From positions 1-52,408 of the IMG/VR virus record IMGVR_UViG_3300034101_004850: 52,408 nucleotides of DNA; one strand, 5' to 3'. Origin of the DNA: a virus (taxonomy: Duplodnaviria; Caudoviricetes). The translations under genes and the position numbers were made by a program. A model generated the notes under the pieces. That model had not been told where the DNA came from and did no database searches. It saw only the letters and a list, made by a program, of their open reading frames with translations. Position 1 is the first letter of the stretch. Every line of letters starts with the position of its first letter. Shown one piece after another: positions 26,050 through 34,329 of this stretch.

Positions 26050-26230
26050 CTTCTTGAGTTTTTTGAATTAGTTTATCTTCAACAAACTTATATACTCTAT
26101 CTGTTGCTGCATCAACAGTCTCGCCGTCTCTTACAAAATCATCGACACCTATACCAATTTTTATGCTTTCAAAATTTCCAAGGTTTCGTGTAAACGATAG
26201 ATCAACTCTAACATGAGTTCCTTTTTCCAT
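26021..26230 (-). CDS. Hypothetical protein
   Basis: TRNLGNFESIKI motif, familiar from small conserved phage proteins. Confidence 0.7.
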   Translation of the reverse strand: MEKGTHVRVDLSFTRNLGNFESIKIGIGVDDFVRDGETVDAATDRVYKFVEDKLIQKTQEVEEELRGSK

Positions 26231-26337
26231 TAGTGCTCCGCCTTCCGATGCCTACTTAAACTGTCATGGGCAAAGATGCCCCAACGTAATTCTATTTCTT
26301 TCTTGCATAAATCACAAACTACAAACCTGCCTGACAC
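26230..26337 (-). CDS. 35-aa C2H2-zinc-finger-like peptide (not in ORF track)
   Basis: GTG start; MSGRFVVCDLCKKEIELRWGIFAHDSLSRHRKAEH*. Coupled on both sides (TAGTG, TAATG). Confidence 0.65.
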   Translation of the reverse strand: MSGRFVVCDLCKKEIELRWGIFAHDSLSRHRKAEH

Positions 26338-26819
26338 TATTCTGCCTTCCATACTGGTACAAAATTTCCTTCATTGGTCTTAGTATACAATATCGTACTA
26401 TGTTTGAGAAGAGCCCTAAGCTCATTTTTTGAAGGCATATCCTTTGAGTATCCTGCTTCCAATATAAAATCATGTATGTCCATTATGTCCGATTCGCTAT
26501 ACATAAACTTATACCAGTCACTATCTGGAATTCCAATTGGATAAACTTTTTGAGGGTATCTTATCTTACCATCTAAAATGTAATCTTCAATTGTTACCTT
26601 GTGCTTATTTAAGATCTCAGCAACTTGTCTTGTTGAATATGCATTTTCCATATTTTTTACTACTTGAGAGTAAGAATACATTACTCTTTTGTTATCTGGA
26701 TAACACCAAGCAGTCAACTCATCTTTTGCCCAAGAGGAACTTAATACTTTATGTATTTTATTGTTCAAGAAGAAATAGCTAAGTTTTTTTCTTTTGCCTT
26801 TTCTAATTTCTCTAGCCAT
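26337..26819 (-). CDS. HTH (MerR/excisionase-like) DNA-binding protein
   Basis: YSTRQVAEILNKHKVTIEDYILDGKI...YSESDI. Confidence 0.7.
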   Translation of the reverse strand: MAREIRKGKRKKLSYFFLNNKIHKVLSSSWAKDELTAWCYPDNKRVMYSYSQVVKNMENAYSTRQVAEILNKHKVTIEDYILDGKIRYPQKVYPIGIPDSDWYKFMYSESDIMDIHDFILEAGYSKDMPSKNELRALLKHSTILYTKTNEGNFVPVWKAE

Positions 26820-26953
26820 TTTCCTAATGCACTCGTATCCTTATTAATCATCCATCGTTTCCCGCACATTACGCAAAACAATTCTGTATGTAGTTTTTGT
26901 GAAAAAACTCTATCTATAAAGACTCTACCATTACATTTCTTACATGTCATCAT
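26765..26953 (-). CDS. Small zinc-ribbon protein
   Basis: CKKCNG...CVMCG motif. Confidence 0.7.
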   Translation of the reverse strand: MMTCKKCNGRVFIDRVFSQKLHTELFCVMCGKRWMINKDTSALGKWLEKLEKAKEKNLAISS

Positions 26954-27750
26954 AGCGTAAATAGTTTCCCATCAACAACACATGAGTAATCTGGTGCCAC
27001 ATGGATCATTTGAATATGTGGATAGTCATTTACAATATGTGCAATAGCAAAACCTTTTTGCCAATCATGGTGCTGCATATATTTCATTCCTGGCCCCTTT
27101 TCATCACACATGTGTCCAAGCTCATATCCACGAAGTGTTTCTCCTTCGCCATTATTTCTAAGCTCATATGTAACTAAGTGTGAAGCAATTCTATGAGAGT
27201 GACCTCTGATCAATGAAACCTGAAGGTCTTCCATATCTTTACGAACAGATCCAGTTGATGCAATTGAAAGACCATGGTGAACGTGAATATCTCCAAAGCG
27301 GCGCTTTGGCAATTCATTGTAGTGGATATACTCGTACCCTAACGAGTCTAATCCCCAAAGAGCCTCTGGAGTTACTTCAGAAATATATTCTGGAAGCTTT
27401 GCATCTACATAGTTAAAGATTCTAACATCGTGATTTCCAAGTGCTGAGAATAGCTGTGCATCTGGTAGCATTTCTCTAGTCTTTGCATAAAAATCTCTTG
27501 CTCCTTTTGCTTCATGGCGCATCATTGGAACAATAAGATCTTTACTATCATTCTTATGGTAGTTTAAAAACTCTGCTGATTTTCCTTCAGTGTATTTGCT
27601 ATAGCATGCTTGATCATCTGTATCGCCAAGGTAGTCAACGACATCTGGCTTAAACCATTTCATTACCTTAAACCAAAGTGCAATCATCTTATCATCCTGA
27701 TATGGGAATTGCTGGTCGGATGAAATCATCCACTTTAAATCGTTGCTCAT
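26950..27750 (-). CDS. Calcineurin-like metallophosphoesterase
   Basis: SDQQ, LGDTDD, GNHD, HHG, GHSHR. Confidence 0.88.
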   Translation of the reverse strand: MSNDLKWMISSDQQFPYQDDKMIALWFKVMKWFKPDVVDYLGDTDDQACYSKYTEGKSAEFLNYHKNDSKDLIVPMMRHEAKGARDFYAKTREMLPDAQLFSALGNHDVRIFNYVDAKLPEYISEVTPEALWGLDSLGYEYIHYNELPKRRFGDIHVHHGLSIASTGSVRKDMEDLQVSLIRGHSHRIASHLVTYELRNNGEGETLRGYELGHMCDEKGPGMKYMQHHDWQKGFAIAHIVNDYPHIQMIHVAPDYSCVVDGKLFTL

Positions 27751-27765
27751 GAAAACCCTTAATAT

Positions 27766-27791
27766 ATATAAAAGCCACGATGTCGTGGCTT
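27766..27791 (-). terminator. Hairpin followed by a U-rich tract (terminator/attenuator-like)
   Basis: AAGCCACGA-TG-TCGTGGCTT inverted repeat (27772-27791); the minus strand reads ...GGCTTTTATATAT. Confidence 0.55.
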
Positions 27792-27803
27792 AATGTTATA
27801 GCA

Positions 27804-27833
27804 ATTGTAACATATTGACACAATGTGTCAATA
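27804..27833 (-). promoter_or_regulatory. Promoter of the replication operon with a perfect palindrome over the -35 box
   Basis: TTGACA (27831-27826), 16-nt spacer, TACAAT (27809-27804) with a TGn extension. Palindrome TATTGACACA-A-TGTGTCAATA at 27813-27833. Confidence 0.7.
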
Positions 27834-27837
27834 GGTT

Positions 27838-28263
27838 TTACCCTTCAGGTGTGATTCTTTTTTCTCCGATGCTTATGTAATTAAATGCAACTGGCTTTGT
27901 GTAATCTTCAGATGCGAATACCTGTAAAACCTCTGCGCCAAAAGCTCCGCCAATTGCCCAACTAGTAATTGCTTTACCAGGACCAGGCCTTGGTGTAGCT
28001 GTTATAAATGCAGCTGTGTAATTTGCACCCCACTGATGAGGTATTTCTTCTTTGTTGTTTCCGCCTTTTTTTAGTCCATTAGGGAACTTGACTTGACCAG
28101 CATGAACATGCATTACTTTTAAAACAGTTATATCATTAGCTGTAGCCTTGCTAAGAGAATAAGCATCTGCAGAAGTTTGTTTAATATCATTTATTTGGTT
28201 CTGCAGATTTCTTAATTTATCTGGATCTACTGGCTCACCATCTTGAAAAACTTCTGTTGTCAT
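27838..28263 (-). CDS. Hypothetical virion-associated protein
   Basis: FQDGEPVDPDKL N-terminus, a short coiled coil, then a beta-rich C-terminus (AFNYISIG) like small tail-fibre-associated domains. Confidence 0.55.
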   Translation of the reverse strand: MTTEVFQDGEPVDPDKLRNLQNQINDIKQTSADAYSLSKATANDITVLKVMHVHAGQVKFPNGLKKGGNNKEEIPHQWGANYTAAFITATPRPGPGKAITSWAIGGAFGAEVLQVFASEDYTKPVAFNYISIGEKRITPEG

Positions 28264-28439
28264 TTCAAATCTCCTAGGCTATCTTCATATTCTTTAATTG
28301 CTTGCTGCTTGCTATTTGCTTCATCTAATAGTTGTGTTAAATCTGCTCGCAAAACAGCAATCTGGGTTTCATAGTTTGTCACCAATTCGCCAATTCTTTG
28401 CTGTAATGCGGCAATTATTAAATCAACCTTCTCTGCCAT
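28260..28439 (-). CDS. 59-aa coiled-coil protein (not in ORF track)
   Basis: MAEKVDLIIAALQQRIGELVTNYETQIAVLRADLTQLLDEANSKQQAIKEYEDSLGDLK*. AGGA upstream and ATGA overlap downstream. Confidence 0.75.
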   Translation of the reverse strand: MAEKVDLIIAALQQRIGELVTNYETQIAVLRADLTQLLDEANSKQQAIKEYEDSLGDLK

Positions 28440-28448
28440 GCTTTATTC

Positions 28449-28667
28449 CTATACTGTAAGTAATGCTAACTCTGCTGTAAGAGCTGCCTTTTTTGCATTC
28501 AATTCTGAAATATCTGAATTAAGTCCAGAAATTTTGCTAAGGTCTGGTGTTGAAACAGCCTCTTCCTCAATAACAGAAATCTCAAGATTATAAATAGAAT
28601 ACTCAAGGTTCTTCATATGCTGATTTACAATTGCTGTTTTTTCTTCATTTGTTAAAATTGTTGTCAT
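28449..28667 (-). CDS. Small coiled-coil protein
   Basis: AAGGAGG RBS; helical-hairpin heptad pattern. Confidence 0.75.
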   Translation of the reverse strand: MTTILTNEEKTAIVNQHMKNLEYSIYNLEISVIEEEAVSTPDLSKISGLNSDISELNAKKAALTAELALLTV

Positions 28668-28684
28668 TTTATTCCTCCTTCCAT

Positions 28685-28693
28685 ATTATAACA
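28685..28693 (-). promoter_or_regulatory. Extended -10 promoter (TGTTATAAT)
   Basis: Intergenic TGnTATAAT immediately upstream of the AAGGAGG RBS. Confidence 0.55.
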
Positions 28694-28703
28694 TAAATAT
28701 AGA

Positions 28704-28910
28704 TTACTTGTAAAGGCTTAATTCTGCTTCCAAGGCCTGAATTTTTAAGTTTTGATCAATTATAAACTGGTATATCTCTTGCTTTTTGGCTTCCGTGAAG
28801 GTTTCAAAGTACTCTATGTCCTCTGGTTCAGTATATTTAAGATGAGATATTGATATTTTTATTAGATCAATTCTTTGCTGTAAAGCTTTAGATTTTTCAT
28901 TATTATCCAT
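28704..28910 (-). CDS. Small coiled-coil protein (resembles 28449..28667)
   Basis: NxEK start and ALxAELxL end are shared with the neighbour. Confidence 0.7.
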   Translation of the reverse strand: MDNNEKSKALQQRIDLIKISISHLKYTEPEDIEYFETFTEAKKQEIYQFIIDQNLKIQALEAELSLYK

Positions 28911-28924
28911 AGTTATCCTTTCTT

Positions 28925-31900
28925 TTATGCAAACGTCAATGAGGCATTGCTTACTGGGGTTGTCGTGTTTCTAACACTTGAACTAGTCTTTATTCCAGTA
29001 CTATTTCCACTTTGGTTTGCCCCAGACCAGGCGTTTACTCTAGCTCTGTAGTAAAAGTTTCCAGAAGCGCTTGTTGTTCCAGACGGTAGGCTTGTTGATA
29101 AGCTTATTGCATTATTGCTTACAGCCAAATTATTTGCAACACCATCGGTCCAAGTTACTCCATCCGCAGATCTATCTAAATAAATAGTACACGATGTGGT
29201 GTTTGTAAAAGTAAAACTGAATGTAGCTTTTGGGTTAGCAAAAACAAAGTTGGGGCTTGATCCAGATCTTCCAGTTGTAGATGCACTTATTGTAGAAACA
29301 GTCGGAGTTGGCTGAATTGCGCTCCATTGGGCAAAGAAGCTTAGACTTGATGTCGGTGTAAATGTTCCTTGACTGCCTACCGAATAAAGCAAATCACCAG
29401 ATGCTGGGTGCCTCCATGATGAAAAATTAAATCCAGTTCTGGTGACTAGTGGCGCGGTGTGTGCAAGACCTCTGGCTCTTGTAGTGTCACCTCCGCCAGT
29501 TCCACCATTAGCATTCCAAGTAACTGTCCAAGTTAGAGTTGTTTCTGTCCACTGAGCGAATAAACTAAGCGCTGCGTTTAATGTATAAGTTGCTCCAGCT
29601 GCATAGCTTGTTCCAGTTCCATTGGCTGCAGTGTTCCAACCTGCAAATGTGTACTGGGTACTGCCGACTGTTGCACGAGTTGGTGCTGTTGAACTTAAAG
29701 TCAAGTTAGTACCGTGTATCTTAGTTTGGCTTGCTGGTGCTCCTGTGCCACCGTTAGCGTTATATGTAACTGGATAAGTTATAGCTGACCACACAGCCCC
29801 AAAAGTAAGATCGCTTGTTGGATTAAAAGTTCCTCCATCATTTACAGTATACAAAATATCAAATCCAGTGGCTGGGTTTCTCCAGTTAGAAAAATTAAAT
29901 CCGTCTCTGGTTCCTGGGGGAGGTGCGGTGTGTGAAACTCCACGATTCTGTGTAGTTGATCCGCCACCAGTTCCTCCATTTGCATTCCATGTAATGGTCC
30001 ATGTTAAATTTGTTACTGTCCACTGAGCGAATAAACTAAGCGCTGCGTTTAATGTATAAGTTGCTCCAGCTGCATAGCTTGTTCCAGTTCCATTGGCTGC
30101 AGTGTTCCAACCTGCAAATGTGTACTGGGTACTGCCGACTGTTGCACGAGTTGGTGCTGTTGAACTTAAAGTCAAGTTAGTACCGTGTATCTTAGTTTGG
30201 CTTGCTGGCGCTCCAGTTCCACCGTTGGCATTAAATGTAACTGCATAAGTTTTAGCTGTCCATACAGCTCCCCATGTCATATTTCCTGTCGGAGTGTATG
30301 TTCCTCCAGAATCAACAAATTCTGAGTTTGGGCCGCCGCTTTCTGGATACCTGTAGTATACAAAATCGAATCCGTCTCTGGTTCCTGGTGAAGGGGCTGT
30401 GTGAGATGATCCTTTATTTTCTACTGTAGTTCCTCCTCCAGTTCCACCGTTGGCATTCCATGTAATTGTCCACTGCTGTAATATTGTGTTAAATGTTCCA
30501 GTTTTAATTACTCCAGATGTTCCTTCACCATTTTTAGGAGTTATAAAATATGAGTATTCTCTTGGTGCGGCTAGACCAGAAACGGAAATTGGAGTAGATG
30601 GTGAAGTTACAGTCTTAGGGTAAGTGCTTATTGATGTGCCTGCATATTTTATATCTATAACATATTCTGTCATATATGAATGCGTATACGGTATTGATGC
30701 TGTCGTATCCCCAGCAGTTATTGTTCCAACTGTTATGACTGGATAACCATAAATAAATTTTGTGCTTATGTATTCTGATGGATTTGAAGTTGCTGGATTA
30801 TATGCTTTAACTCCAAAACCAAGAACGGCACCCCTTAAATCAATTGAGGTCTTATAATCTGTTGTTGGTGTTACTAACGAAATAGATGTGCTAGAAGAAA
30901 CTGATCCTTCATAATAATTTGGAGCAGTTGTTGTTCCAGATGCAGATGTGCCAGAAAAAGATTGAATTGTCCAATATGAAGAATTGTTAGGATTTGCATT
31001 TGCCCAGTAAGAAGTACTGGAAAGACGCACATTTATTTCCGACCAATATGTTGTGTTAGTGCTAGAAGGTGTCTGTGCACCTACTGGTGTAGAAGTACCT
31101 GGTATCACGTATCCCATACCAGAATTTTGTTCAGCTCTCCATCTTGTTCCATTGTGGCTTACTATAGATCCAGTAGGGTAGTTTGAAGATGAAGACCATG
31201 CTGAAACAGCAGACATTGATTGTATACATCTATATCTTGTAAATCCATCCCACGCATTATCCCCTACATTATAAGCACTACTAGCAGAAAACAATGTTGG
31301 GGCTGGCATTGATATTGATGCATAATATGCATTACCTAAAAATGAAACTAACGATCCAATAGAATATGCTGTTGATGCAGACCAGGCTGTTGGTGTTGGT
31401 AATGTAAATGATACAGTGCTATTTGTTCTTGAAGTTATAGTGTGTGTTCCATTAAATAAAGAATCCATGCCAGAAATTATTAATTGATCATTTACTTTAT
31501 AGCCATGATTGGTTGATGTTGATAGTGATGCAGAAAATCCAGACAAAGACTTAGTAGACACTGATCTAGATTGAGAAAATGTTAATGGATAGCTAGATAG
31601 ACCAGAATTAAAAAACAATCTATAGTCATATTGTGTTGGAGAGTTTGTCCATACACCAATATTTCCAAATGCAGTGTTTCCTACGGTAGTGCTTCCAGTA
31701 ATTGATGGGGATCCTGGCTCGGGAACTGGGGTTCCATAATATGAAACAGAAACAACATCACTTAAAGATACAGTTGTGCCAGAAGAATTTACTGCAGTTA
31801 CTCTAAATCTAAAATACATATCCGTTTGCGAGAAATCAGAAGGAGAAATCGATCTTGTTATTGTATTAGATGACCCAGAAGCTGGGTTTGCTATAGTGCC

Positions 31901-32221
31901 AGATGCCACTAAAGTTGAAGTAGTAAATGAAATTGATGTTGATTTTTCAAAACGATATGTTAGAGTTAGTCCAGAAACAGGAGTCCATGAATAATTTCTT
32001 CCAGTTAATGTTGCAGTTTGTCCATCAGTTATTATAGATGCACTTGATTCTATTTCAACTTTAGTTCTAATTACTGGAGAATTATTTTTTAGGAATACGC
32101 TATTCCATACCCCGTTTGCTTTTCTATAAACATTTTCTATAGAAGTCCATACTCCATTAGATTTTCTATAAATATTTCTAATGGTTGTCCAAGAGCCTCC
32201 TGATTTTCTATATATAGGCAT
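28925..32221 (-). CDS. Tail fibre / receptor-binding adhesin with Ig/FN3, CBM5/12-like and five Flg_new (InlB B-repeat-like) domains
   Basis: FRVTAVN and YYRARVNA FN3-like motifs; AW..x..Y..G..V...G..Y motifs; five (W/F/Y)NANGGTG...F..W...G..Y/F...(A/V)xW repeats. Confidence 0.75.
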   Translation of the reverse strand: MPIYRKSGGSWTTIRNIYRKSNGVWTSIENVYRKANGVWNSVFLKNNSPVIRTKVEIESSASIITDGQTATLTGRNYSWTPVSGLTLTYRFEKSTSISFTTSTLVASGTIANPASGSSNTITRSISPSDFSQTDMYFRFRVTAVNSSGTTVSLSDVVSVSYYGTPVPEPGSPSITGSTTVGNTAFGNIGVWTNSPTQYDYRLFFNSGLSSYPLTFSQSRSVSTKSLSGFSASLSTSTNHGYKVNDQLIISGMDSLFNGTHTITSRTNSTVSFTLPTPTAWSASTAYSIGSLVSFLGNAYYASISMPAPTLFSASSAYNVGDNAWDGFTRYRCIQSMSAVSAWSSSSNYPTGSIVSHNGTRWRAEQNSGMGYVIPGTSTPVGAQTPSSTNTTYWSEINVRLSSTSYWANANPNNSSYWTIQSFSGTSASGTTTAPNYYEGSVSSSTSISLVTPTTDYKTSIDLRGAVLGFGVKAYNPATSNPSEYISTKFIYGYPVITVGTITAGDTTASIPYTHSYMTEYVIDIKYAGTSISTYPKTVTSPSTPISVSGLAAPREYSYFITPKNGEGTSGVIKTGTFNTILQQWTITWNANGGTGGGTTVENKGSSHTAPSPGTRDGFDFVYYRYPESGGPNSEFVDSGGTYTPTGNMTWGAVWTAKTYAVTFNANGGTGAPASQTKIHGTNLTLSSTAPTRATVGSTQYTFAGWNTAANGTGTSYAAGATYTLNAALSLFAQWTVTNLTWTITWNANGGTGGGSTTQNRGVSHTAPPPGTRDGFNFSNWRNPATGFDILYTVNDGGTFNPTSDLTFGAVWSAITYPVTYNANGGTGAPASQTKIHGTNLTLSSTAPTRATVGSTQYTFAGWNTAANGTGTSYAAGATYTLNAALSLFAQWTETTLTWTVTWNANGGTGGGDTTRARGLAHTAPLVTRTGFNFSSWRHPASGDLLYSVGSQGTFTPTSSLSFFAQWSAIQPTPTVSTISASTTGRSGSSPNFVFANPKATFSFTFTNTTSCTIYLDRSADGVTWTDGVANNLAVSNNAISLSTSLPSGTTSASGNFYYRARVNAWSGANQSGNSTGIKTSSSVRNTTTPVSNASLTFA
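29545..30208. repeat. Perfect 193-bp direct repeat (29545-29737 = 30016-30208; 471-bp period)
   Basis: Base-by-base comparison shows identity. Both copies encode the same Flg_new repeat (PASQTKIHGTNLTLSS...LSLFAQWT). Confidence 0.95.
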
Positions 32222-32224
32222 ATG

Positions 32225-34327
32225 CTAATTCGCATTCGTACTAAATACTAAATCTCCGTCTACCCCATAAGTAGCAGAAGCCATGGTTGCTGAAGAAGAA
32301 TTATTGTAGAAATTACGTGGGCCTAGATACTGTAGCCCTTGATCCGTGACAACTAGTGGTCTGTTTGCAATATCTCCTCCCATGAAATGTGCAGTGTTTT
32401 CACCACTTTGATAATTAACCCATCTAAGTAGTGGCGCACCAGTTCCTGGAATGTGAATGTTTGCGTATCCGCCACCTGGCACATAAGAAATAGAAAGTCC
32501 AGAAGACAGTCCAGTGTGTGAAACTGATATTCCAGCTGGAGATAAGGTTACTTTAGAGTCTGTACTTGAAACTCCCAATACAGCTGCATCTGCCCAGTCC
32601 ATAAATCCAGTTGTTTGATCTGAAGAAAGAGATAGCTTTCCAGCACTTAAGGTTGTAGTCACATTAGCAGTTCCACCAATAGTTGAGACTGTTCCATTAG
32701 TAGTAAATGAACCCTTAATATCAATTGCAGAACCAGTCCACTTAAAATGATTATTACTATTTCCTATATGAATAACAGGAGAGCTATTTACATCAGTTCC
32801 ATCGTATCCAAGAAACCAACCAGCTGTTTGAGATGCATATGAGGGTTTGCCAGAATATATTGAGCCTACTATTCCTGAGTTTGGACTTGGAATTTGAATA
32901 GCCCTATTAATATTTCCCTCTTCATTAAAAGCATCAGCTTTTGCCAAAGCTTTTGTTATATCCAAATCTTTTGCAACTACCCATCCTTGTACTGGGTCAA
33001 CTGTTATTGAATTAGCTCCAACCTTTGTTGCAATATAAATTGTATTTCTTCCGATAGTTGTGTCTGCAGTGTTAATCCATAAATCACCTATTGTTACAGA
33101 TGTTGGCACAGTTGCTTGCCTAAATAATTTTGTTTTAGAATCAGAAGTTGCTTTAATAGAATCAATTTCTGATGGGGTGTATCCTCCAAAGGTTATGGTA
33201 CCACTTGTTGTGCTTGCCCTAAATATAGGATTGTTTCCAGGACCATATACTGTAAAACCATCTAGTATCGATCTTCCAGTTGTTCCATCTGCAAAAGTGC
33301 TACCGCCATTTAACTCTATTCTTGATCCACCTGTATCGGATCCTGCTCTTAGCCATGAAGTAAACTTTCCATTTCCAGCAACTAAGTTTTCAATTGATAT
33401 AATTCCATTTTCTAAATCAATTAAGTTTGCTTTAGTTGGAGATAATGGCGTTGCGCTAATGCGTGTATATGTTGCAGCGTTATTAACTTTGTAAGGCTCA
33501 TTATTTTTATTATAGGCTATGTAATAAAAATAAACATTGGCTGCATAAACTTGTTCTGATGTAGATAATCCTAGTGCCTGCTTAAGATTATCAATTCCGA
33601 CATTCTGTCTATTTAAAGACTGAGTTACTGTAAGATTTGCTACAAGTGACGTACTTGTAAATGCTGTGGTTGTGCTTGCTCCTAATCCAGAATTTGTTGT
33701 TGCATAAACTTCAATTGTTTTAAATCCAGAAAAAGGATCATCTGCTTGATATGCACCATTCCAGTTTACAGAAATTCCAAATGCTGTGGTTGAAACCGTT
33801 AATCCAATTGGAAGCGTTGGAGGCTCAATAACTTCTGCTGGGTTAGCTGTATTTGCCGACCACTCATCACTAAAATCTGACACCGTTCCACGATTGCTTA
33901 CTGCTCTTAGCTTTACATAGTACGTTCCTTCTTGTGCAATAATTGTTTGTTTTCCAGCTTCTTTAAAGCTTCCAGCAATAACATAAGTGTTTCCAAAGTC
34001 TCCACCTTTTACATATATGTCTACTCTATCAAAATTTTTTGGATAAGCACTTCCCAAATAATCCAACCCAGACCAGTTAACAATAAGTGCATTAAGTGAT
34101 GTTGTTAAATCTGATTGCAAAAATCTTGGCTTATTTAGTGGCTGCTCGCTTGTTGTTACAAATGTGTAGGGGTCTGAATAAGGACTAGTTCCTAAAGTTT
34201 TATCTGAATATACCCAGGCAACCTGTACATCATATTCTGTGCCAAGATCTAAATTTGGAATAATTACGTCAAAGTAATCTCCATCTTTATCCTGAGTGAT
34301 TCCTAAATCTTCATATTTACCAGCCAT
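32225..34327 (-). CDS. Tail fibre / central tail protein with FN3 domains
   Basis: Three FN3-like units (e.g. YYVKLRAVSNRG..SDFS), a PxxxxxGDLW repeat motif and a Gly/Thr/Ser-rich beta region. Confidence 0.7.
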   Translation of the reverse strand: MAGKYEDLGITQDKDGDYFDVIIPNLDLGTEYDVQVAWVYSDKTLGTSPYSDPYTFVTTSEQPLNKPRFLQSDLTTSLNALIVNWSGLDYLGSAYPKNFDRVDIYVKGGDFGNTYVIAGSFKEAGKQTIIAQEGTYYVKLRAVSNRGTVSDFSDEWSANTANPAEVIEPPTLPIGLTVSTTAFGISVNWNGAYQADDPFSGFKTIEVYATTNSGLGASTTTAFTSTSLVANLTVTQSLNRQNVGIDNLKQALGLSTSEQVYAANVYFYYIAYNKNNEPYKVNNAATYTRISATPLSPTKANLIDLENGIISIENLVAGNGKFTSWLRAGSDTGGSRIELNGGSTFADGTTGRSILDGFTVYGPGNNPIFRASTTSGTITFGGYTPSEIDSIKATSDSKTKLFRQATVPTSVTIGDLWINTADTTIGRNTIYIATKVGANSITVDPVQGWVVAKDLDITKALAKADAFNEEGNINRAIQIPSPNSGIVGSIYSGKPSYASQTAGWFLGYDGTDVNSSPVIHIGNSNNHFKWTGSAIDIKGSFTTNGTVSTIGGTANVTTTLSAGKLSLSSDQTTGFMDWADAAVLGVSSTDSKVTLSPAGISVSHTGLSSGLSISYVPGGGYANIHIPGTGAPLLRWVNYQSGENTAHFMGGDIANRPLVVTDQGLQYLGPRNFYNNSSSATMASATYGVDGDLVFSTNAN

Positions 34328-34329
34328 GA

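Noticed and set aside
29545-30208. 193-bp repeat as a DGR template/variable repeat pair
   Set aside because: The copies are identical with no adenine-specific mismatches, both are in-frame coding, and there is no reverse transcriptase in the window.
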